From Octopus bimaculoides (taxonomy: Eukaryota): DNA of 64,000 bases. A program made the translations under genes and the position numbers. The stretch covers positions 61,103,716 to 61,167,715 of the forward strand of contig NC_068990.1 of NCBI RefSeq assembly GCF_001194135.2. The letters are read 5' to 3'. Under the pieces are notes generated by a model. It had not been told where the DNA came from. It did not search any database and was given only the letters and a program-made list of their open reading frames with translations. Shown piece by piece: positions 55,691 through 64,000 of this stretch (position 1 is its first letter; each line of letters begins with the position of its first letter).

Positions 55691-56022
55691 GCGTACATTA
55701 TTTAAATTATTTACATTTGATGGATAAGGTTAAGGATGTTTCCAAAGGGGAATTATCCAAACCCCAAATAATTCCTCTCAACACATGGCTATCATGCTCT
55801 CCCACTACTTCTGCTTGTGATCAGAGATGCACATGTCGTCAGCCACCAAGGGACATGCTCAAATGATTAAGGTCAAACAACTGACAAGCAAATTTGTGGT
55901 ATTGAGCAGAATATTTGCTGTAGCCCATCTTTTATACCAAGACAAAGCATGCACATGATAACGCTTCCAATCAGTTAAGATAAAAAGCCATGAGATCCAC
56001 TGCCTACTATTACATCAGAGCA

Positions 56023-56071
<49 letters not shown>

Positions 56072-57391
56072 GAAAACAGTTTGATTGAGTTGCATACAAC
56101 TTAAAGTTTTGTAGGCTCCTTACTGGCTCAGTAATCTGAGCATGGATGAGCTGTGTGTGTGTGTGTGTGTGTGTGTATGTATACCCCCACCAGAATCACT
56201 TCCATCCATGCCTCATTCTCATTATCATGCCTTCCCCACTCTATTTTTATTGATCATCTCCTTTCCATACATTCAGTTATCTTTCCTTCTTCTCTGCAAT
56301 ATTCCATCTTACAACACACTCTCAATGCCTTCTCATATCCACTCACTAAACCCACCCTTATGTACCTCCATATTGGATAATATATAATATTGTAATGCAA
56401 TAATGGTGGGGATGTGTAGGAGGACCTGTCAAGTAAATGATATATCTCAAAAACTGTATTTTTAAAACAGTGCTGATGTTGGTGCTAGTGTGCCACTTAA
56501 AAAGTACTAATGATGGTGTCACATAAAAAGCACCCAGAACACTCTGTAAAGTGGTTGGTGTTAGAAAGGCCATTCAGTTGTAGAAATCAAGCCAAAAACA
56601 GACTATGGAGCCTGTTGTAGTTCCTGGCCTTGCCAGCTCCTATCAAACCATCTGACCCATGCCAGTGTGGAAAACGGACGTTGAATGATGATGATGATGA
56701 CGATGATGATGATGATGATGATGACGATGACGAAAGTGGTGGTGGTGGTGGTGGTGGGAGTGATGATGATGATGATAATGGTGAGTAGGTATTAATCTAA
56801 GATGATGGCAAATTTATTTGCAAGGCTAGGATTTCAAAAACAGGTGATCAAACTCTGCTGCTGGCTTAGATTATGCAGCTTACATTCAACTGAAGAAATG
56901 AAAAGAAAGTTACAAGATTCTCATTCCCTATCTCACATGGAAGATTTTGGTAACAAAACCACTTGCACTAATAGCAAACAGATGGACAAATTTATTGAAA
57001 ACCTCAGGAAAAATTTTGTGGTATTTGTTGTAACTCTTTTTGCCATCCCTTTCAGATTGTCAGATAAAGCACCAGTCCAGAACAGTAGACTAGCAGACTG
57101 TTAGAATATCAAAAGAAATGACCTGCACTATTTGCTTTAGCTCTGTGATTTCTGAGTTAGAATCTCACCTTTTATTACTGATAAAAGCAGTGATAGACTT
57201 GGAAATTCCTTAAGCAAAATGACCAAGAATTTTAGTTGATTGTTCTCAGTTTCAGTACACCTGCTGCCTAGAGAGGGAGAAAGCAAGGAGACATTCTAAT
57301 CCTATGCACTTAACAAATGAAAATGAACACTACACACACACACACTCACACACACACATATATAAGAATAGAATACAAATGAGATTTAAAA

Positions 57392-57475
57392 TTCACGACA
57401 GCTGTTTCGGTATAATTTTATTGATGTATTCATAGATTATTACATCATTGCATTAAAGCACCATCTTCAGGTAAA
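57392..57475 (-). ncRNA. Type-I hammerhead motif with long helix II (family C, best copy)
   Basis: TTTAC-CTGAAGA-T-GGT...(TGATGTA/TACATCA stem)...ACC-GAAAC-AGCT-GTC^GTGAA; palindromic ACAGCTGT helix III, GUC triplet. Confidence 0.75.
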
Positions 57476-57846
57476 ATTTTAAACAGGTATAAACAGGTAA
57501 AATAAAAGCTTGATGATGACATATCCAACAATATATCAGATAATATATGTATATGTGTGTGTGTGTGTGCAAATATACTCACACATGCATGTACATGCAC
57601 ACATACACATATACACACACACGCACACATACATGGATATGAGAAATCTAGGTATGGCTGTGTGGTAAGAAGCTTACTTCTCAACCACATAGTTCTGGGT
57701 TCAGTCCCACTGTATGGCACCCTGGGCAGGTGTCTTCTACAATAGCCTAAGGCTGACCAAAACCTTGTGAGAGGATTTGGTAGAGAGAAACTGAAAGAAG
57801 CCCATTGTATATGTTTGTGTGTTTATGTGTGTGTGCATGTGTTTGC

Positions 57847-57884
<38 letters not shown>

Positions 57885-58039
57885 GTATATGTATATATTT
57901 ATGAGTGTTTGTCCCCCAACCATCACTTGACAACTGATGCTAGTGTGTTTATGTCCCTTTAACTTAGTAGTTCAACAAAAGAGACTGATAGAATAAGTAC
58001 TTGGCTTACAAAGAATAAGTCCTTGACTAAACCCTTTAA

Positions 58040-58248
58040 CCCTTTCGTTACTGTATTTATTTTGAAATGCTCTGTGTTTCTTTTAATTATTTTAAATATA
58101 ACAAAGAATTTATTAAAATAACTTAGTTATCATTCAACCATTAATTGTGACTAAAGTTTGGTGGAAGATTTTAATTCAAAACTTATGAAAACAAGGCATT
58201 TGTACTACAGAGCCAGAGCCGGTTTCAGCCAGGTTGGTAACGAAAGGG
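58040..58248. mobile_element. piggyBac-type MITE inserted in a SINE
   Basis: TTAA|CCCTTTCGTTAC...GTAACGAAAGGG|TTAA: perfect 12-bp TIR, TTAA duplication, CCC/GGG ends. Confidence 0.9.
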
Positions 58249-58401
58249 TTAAGGCTGTATTCCAGCATGGCCACAGTCAAATGACTGAAAGAAGTAAAAG
58301 AATAAAAGAATTATACTGCAAATACAATAAACAAAAATAAAGGGGAGAAAAAGATAATGCTAGAGAACCAAGTTTCAACAAATAGTGTATTAATTTAATG
58401 C

Positions 58402-58780
58402 TTAACCCTTCATTGTTCAGATTTTTCTGTCGAAGGTAATCCTTATTTATTCACCTTGTTTTGAATTAATCCTGAATTTCTTGTAGCTTTGCAATTTCAA
58501 TGATGTGATTGTTTATTTTTAGAATGACATTGTAGGATAAGTGTGAGAGTCCAGAACTGGCCAGTTTGAACATAAAATAAATTGAATACTTGGGCCAGTT
58601 ATAACTGGTTTAGCTAGAAGTGGGGGAAGAGGGAGCAGTACTTTTATGGGAGCGGCACCATTTCTTTTGTCTGCTATAGGCAATATGTATATATTGTGGG
58701 GCTCCAGGGGTGAAAAACTGAAGGGCCGCCCTGGGCCCCACACACTTTAGCTATGCTAGTGGGTTTAAATGCTAAAGGGA
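58402..58780. mobile_element. Second piggyBac-type MITE with a nested ~155-bp hAT-like element (about 58605-58762)
   Basis: TTAACCCTT start, TTTAAATGCTAAAGGG end. The inner segment is bounded by imperfect inverted ends TAGCTAGAAGTGGGGG / CCCCACACACTTTAGCTA. Confidence 0.6.
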
Positions 58781-59589
58781 CGAAAGGAAGGGAAAAAATT
58801 TGGATGACGTAAGTCCTTCATCAGAAGAAAGAGAAAAGCATAGGGGGAGTGGAAAAGATAAAAAGTGGGTGAAAGGGGGAAAAAAGAAATAAAAAAGGTT
58901 AGGATGTTGGGACCCAGCAGGGAGTGTATTTCAGTCAGGGAGTTAAGTGAGAGGGGAGAGGTGGGTGTGTATGTGTTACGATTGGTGTGTATTCATGATT
59001 ACTGACACTGTCAGTTACAACAATGAGGGTTCCAGTTGATCCAATCAACAGAACAATCAACGTGCAAGTGGCTGAGCACGTAATTCTCAGGGAGATTCAT
59101 TCTGACACAGAGTGTGACAAGGCTGGCCCTTTAAAATACAGGTACTACTCAATTTTTGCCAGATAAGTGGACTGGAGCAATGTGAACTAGAGTGTCTTGC
59201 CCAAGGACACAATGATTATGAGCTGAATACTCTAACGACTAAGCCATGCGTCTTCACTGTATTCATGATTAACTTTTAAGTATCTAAACAGGTCAAAGCT
59301 GGCCGAAATATTTTACCTGTTTTATGTTGAAAATGGCCAGATCTGGCCTTTCACACATATCCTAAAATGTTACTCTGAAACTAGATTGTCTTATCATCAA
59401 AATCTTGATGCATGATCAATTCAAAACAATATAAAAAAAACAAACAAACATTACCTTTGACAGAATAATCAGAATATTAAGGGGTTAAAGATGAGTGTAT
59501 GGGGGGTAGTAGAGTATGTGTGTGTGTGTGGGTGTGATTGTTTTGGTGGTGGTGGCAGTGAGGTATATGTGTGTAGAAGCATGCAAGTG

Positions 59590-59639
59590 TGGATGTATCA
59601 TCATTATCATCATCATCATCGTCATCACCATCGCCTTTG

Positions 59640-59674
<35 letters not shown>

Positions 59675-59741
59675 TTCACCATCACCTTTGTCATCGTCAT
59701 CATCAATGTCGTTGTCATCATTGTCATTGTCACCACTACCC

Positions 59742-59785
<44 letters not shown>

Positions 59786-59800
59786 GCCATTGTCATCATC
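59590..59800. repeat. Degenerate (CAT)n tract, tail of a reverse family B fragment
   Basis: Trinucleotide run adjoining TTTAACATCTGACTTCCATGTTGGCATG. Confidence 0.9.
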
Positions 59801-60364
59801 ATTTAACATCTGACTTCCATGTTGGCATGACTTGGACAATGTTTGTATGTTTTGGCAGCAGTAAGTGGTTTATATTTTGTTGAGGTCAAAATAATGCCAA
59901 ATCAATTCTTTTCTGCATGTTTCCATTTAATATTTGGTCAACTGAAACTTCAAGGACACTTTCATTGGCGCTTTTGAAATTAATGTTCAATAATGCTAAT
60001 GAATTTTTTTTTTTTTTTTCTCATTGTAGTTTTGATTCTAATTGATTAAAAAATGTTTCTTGGCCTCTTATAATGTTCTTAAGTCCATTTGTCATCTGCA
60101 ACTGTAAAAAGGCTGGGCTGAGCTGAAGGGTGATGACCAATGAGTCATGAGTTTGGGAAGGATAGAATATTCAGGAGGGAGAGGGAGTGGGTGGGAGAGA
60201 GTGGCAGGATAGTATTTATCCCCACTTAAACATGGATGCTCTGTCAGAACAAGCTATACTACAGTGGATGCCACGAAACTCTAATACAGGCTTTTAGAGC
60301 AAAATCTACTCATGTTTATATTGCTAACCAGGAGATAAGTCCTCACCACCTCCAATGCCAAGAT

Positions 60365-60409
60365 CACCAGATCACATGATTTCAACCTTCTTTGGTCTCA
60401 TCAGTGATG
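60365..60409 (-). ncRNA. Minimal type-I hammerhead ribozyme motif (family E)
   Basis: Minus strand CATCA-CTGATGA-GACC aaagaa GGTT-GAAA-TCATGTGA-TC^TGGTG: helix I 5 bp, full core, helix II 4 bp, near-palindromic helix III, AUC cleavage triplet. Confidence 0.8.
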
Positions 60410-60525
60410 GATGTTCAATCACTAGAGATAGCAGCAATTCATCTCTCCCCGCCAGCGATATATAGAAAACCATACCAGAACAGGCACCAGTGTCTTGATT
60501 AGCCAGGGAGCTTGTTAATAAATAT

Positions 60526-60767
60526 ATATTAGCCACAGACGCAGTATTAATACTGAGACATAATATTTATCTCCACTCAAATTTGGATGTTCTGTTAGAA
60601 CAAACTGCAATAGATACCATGACAGAAACTCTCATATTGGCTTTCAGCGCAAAAATGCACTCTTGTTTATATCACTGCTGCAATATAGTTTCTTCTAACA
60701 GAACATTCACATTTAAGTGAAGATAAATATTATCTCTAGGTATTAATATTGACTTTGTCACTAATAT
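60526..60767. mobile_element. Same long-TIR MITE family, internally deleted (partial copy also at about 60205-60320)
   Basis: ATATTAGCCACAG...TGTCACTAATAT termini with self-complementary arms. Confidence 0.8.
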
Positions 60768-62005
60768 CATTTAGTAATGATACAGTTGACAGGGCTGGAC
60801 AAGAGATACATTTATCACATAGTAACTTGCAGTTAAGGCTTAGGTATCTTAAATATAGTACTGAAGATTTTATTAATGATTACATTATTCCTATGATGCC
60901 TGCTGCCAACCATAAAAAATGTGAGACAATACAAAAATACACCACTATCATCATCTCATTCAGAAGATGAGATAGATGTCTAGAAATGCAAATGGACTTA
61001 TAAGTATTATAAGAGACCAAGAAACATTTTTAATCAATTAAAGTCATAACTATAATGAGAAAAAAAAACAAAAATTCATTAGCATTAATGAACATTAATT
61101 TCAAAAGCACCAAAGAAAGAACTCCTGAAATTTCAGTCAAAAACCAGCTTAAAATTTTGGCACAAGACCAGAAAGTTTAGGGTAGTGAGTAAGTCGATTA
61201 TATTGAGCCCACTGCTTAACTGGTACTCATTTTATGGACCTGAAAGGATGATAGGCAAAGTTGATCCTGGCAGAATTTGAACTCAAAGTGTAATAGCAGA
61301 CAAAAAGCTGCTAAACATTTTGCCTGGCATGCTAATGATTCTGCCAGCTCACCACATTCTCTTGATGAAATATTAATTTCAGATTTTAGCACAAGGCCAG
61401 CAATTCCGGGGGTGAGCTTGAGCAATTAAATCGAACTTAGTGCTCAACTGGTACTTATTTTATCGACCCAGAATAGATGAAAGGCAAAGTCAACCACTGA
61501 AGAATTTGAACATCAGCTAAGCATTTTGCCCAGCATGCTAACATTTCTACCAGCTTGCCTCCTTTGGTTGGAAACATGCAGGAGAGAAGTGATGCAGCAT
61601 TATTTGACCTCAACAAAATATAGACCACTCATTGCTGCCTATATATACAAGCATTGTCCAAGCCACGCCAGCATGGAAGTCAGATGTTAAATGATGATGA
61701 CAATGGTGATGATAATGATGACAATAGTGATGATGATGATGATGATGATGATGAAGGACTTCTTTCATAAAATGTATTTTTACAGTCTCAGTTAGAAGCA
61801 CTACTAGTTAATAGAAGTAAACTATATCAAATGAAATTTAGAAGTATAAACTTGAAATTTGATATCAACACATGCTGATAAGAAGAGATATAGATAAACT
61901 TATGCGATAAACTTAAATAAACTTAGAAACTCAGATATAAAATCCCTTTGGACAATAATTGTTTGATATCTTTATAATCATAAAATGTAATATTGTAACA
62001 AATGC

Positions 62006-62057
<52 letters not shown>

Positions 62058-62789
62058 ACACACATCATATGTACAGGTGGGCTAAAAATACATTTCAAAG
62101 ATATACTAAACAAATATTTTAAAAATAATTAAAATATGTATGTAGATATGTATTTGACATATTTAGTTATATATCAGTGTTGCTTTGAGGATGTGCAGTT
62201 AAATGTATGTGTAGTTTTAATATAAGTATATTAATAAGATGAAGCTATAAAGTAAAATAATGACATAGACTGTTTAGATCTGTCAATTTGTATTTGTTTG
62301 ATGTGACCAGTCAATGCCAAGAGTTTATGAACAATAAAAATATATTTCTAAGGCTACGTAAAGTGCCTCAAGTGCTGTTTATAGCAATTGCATTAGACAG
62401 AGAATGTTCCAAACTAAAACTACAGAAAAGAAGAGTATAAAACGACATAGTATAATGCTAAGAGGTAAAAAAAAACTGAAATTAAAAGATAACTGATAAG
62501 ATGAAGCATAACAGATATCTAATTTTTGAAATATAATGAATTTATGTGTACTTGTATGTGTGCATCTGTAGAGTGTATGGGTGTATGTGTTTTGAGCATG
62601 GTACACAAAAACATACTGGCATATCTACATAAATATGCACTTCAACTCAGCTTACATGTATATCTATCTATCATCTCCCCCACCTCTCTCTCTATTTACA
62701 TACATAAATGCATACATACATGCATACATACATACGTACATACATATATATATATGTGTGTGNNNNNNNNNNACATACATATATATATA

Positions 62790-62825
<36 letters not shown>

Positions 62826-62829
<4 letters not shown>

Positions 62830-63222
62830 GACATCCCGTATATAATGCGGTTTTTCAATTGCATAAACTAAAAGTCTGAGGGAGACAGGATAAACTACTT
62901 GCATCAACTTGCTATAAAAGCAGATAATAATTTTACCTTGTCTTTATTCTTAGTGCAAGTTTTGAAGAGTGCAGTTTGATTTTAACAGTTATTTTTTCAA
63001 AGCTATAATGGAAGTGACAAAGGAGAATATTCGGCATATTTTGTTTTATAAGTTGAATAAAGGCAACAACGCAACGGAAAGTGTGAGGAATATTAATGCA
63101 GTATATGGGGATCAGATAATAAGTGTAAGCCAGTGTCAACGGTGGTTCCAGAAATTGCAAGATGGAAACTACAGCTTAGAAGATGAGCCTTGTCCTGGAA
63201 GACCTGTAGAGTTTGATGATAC
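62826..63222 (+). mobile_element. mariner transposon 5' fragment (terminal repeat-like end plus N-terminal HTH)
   Basis: TA|TTGGGACATCCC start. ATG at 63008 gives MEVTKENIRHILFY...SVSQCQRWFQKLQDGNYSLEDEPCPGRPVEFDD, a typical mariner N-terminus; truncated before the catalytic domain. Confidence 0.88.
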
Positions 63223-63229
63223 TTGAACA

Positions 63230-63630
63230 GGCATATTTATAAAATACGCTATGTACCTCCAAGCAGTCTTTCAGGCTCTGTTTATGTGTTACATATATTT
63301 TAAAAAGCAAGGAGACTGGACAGTGAGAAATTATATATTCTTTCTGGTACATCGATAAAAGTAATGCAACTAAGTTGGCTAGCCATATATGGAATTTGAA
63401 GAGCAGCTCCACATCACATGCAATTAAGTGAAGAATAGTGGAGAAATCCTAGCCATATATTAATGAATCTAAGAAATGCAACTTATGCATAGCAGAAAGA
63501 TCTCATATTCTTCTTTGATTCAGCAGTTCCAATACATTGCTTAATTCCAGGTTTGAAATTTCTAGCAGTCATAAACAAATGGACAAGTTTCGTTTATCAA
63601 GCTGGAGGACACCATCTGCTCTGAACTGAG
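63230..63630 (+). mobile_element. Penelope-like element remnant: C-terminal part of a GIY-YIG endonuclease region (Naiad-like)
   Basis: One frame with 3 stops: NATKLASHIWNLK...IK*RIVEKS*PYINESKKCNLCIAERSHIL...LLNSRFEISSSHKQMDKFRL. Matches my recalled pattern T.LS.YIW.LK..W.I...Y....CxLC..EK..I..LN.R.E; not confirmed by search. Confidence 0.7.
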
Positions 63631-63939
63631 CTGCTGTCTTGCAGACTTTGACATATTTTTTGTTATTTTGTTCTATACTAGTTGGATTTAATGAGCTTTC
63701 TGCAATCAGGAAGGATGAGGATCTTAGTTTTCTTGATTTCATTTCTTTCTTTCTTCTCGTTCCATTTTTGGCACTAATCTTTTTCATGATCTTTTCCATG
63801 TCTTTTCTCTTCTTATTTTGTCACTCTCCTTATTTTAAAAAATTAGATATGACGTATTTTATAAATATGCCTGTGCAAGTATCATAGGAGCATGAAACTA
63901 TTAGCAGCTGTTTCAGGTGTGTATTAAACTGATACACAA

Positions 63940-64000
<61 letters not shown>

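Noticed and set aside
58795-58825. CTGATGA-AGGAC ttac GTC (minus strand)
   Set aside because: GAAA and helix III are missing
59477-59883. Poly-D, poly-M, poly-H, poly-S and poly-I ORFs
   Set aside because: All six frames of one (CAT)n tract at a retroposon tail
63420-63525. In-frame TGA codons in the Naiad-like remnant as possible selenocysteine
   Set aside because: One TGA sits at an expected Trp position, a TAG is also present, and both CxxC cysteines are normal TGC; ordinary decay

Overview
AT-rich, repeat-saturated animal genomic DNA with many assembly gaps (N runs) next to microsatellites. The SINE/MITE families look like those I recall from octopus/cephalopod genomes; this is an inference, not checked by search. 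No confidently identifiable host protein-coding gene is present. Nearly all listed ORFs are translations of microsatellites, gaps or decayed transposons, and only a weak, phase-compatible minus-strand exon chain is suggested. Identifiable content: Tc1/mariner relics (a full-length DD40D rosa/Visitor-type element, two internally deleted DD37D maT copies, a mariner 5' fragment and a mariner-derived MITE), an RTE LINE 3' end, two tandem R4/Dong-type RLE retrotransposon fragments, a Penelope-like (Naiad-type) endonuclease C-terminus, piggyBac-, hAT- and Helentron-type non-autonomous elements, long-TIR MITEs, four abundant SINE-like families and several minisatellites. The most notable signal, invisible in the ORF track, is a set of about nine minimal type-I hammerhead ribozyme motifs from about six sequence families on both strands. 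They include near-intact cores, a family with a 50-55 nt helix II insert, a family with a U4C core variant, and a head-to-head palindromic fusion. This points to Penelope-like/retrozyme-type ribozyme retroelements. Ribozyme activity and novelty are untested.
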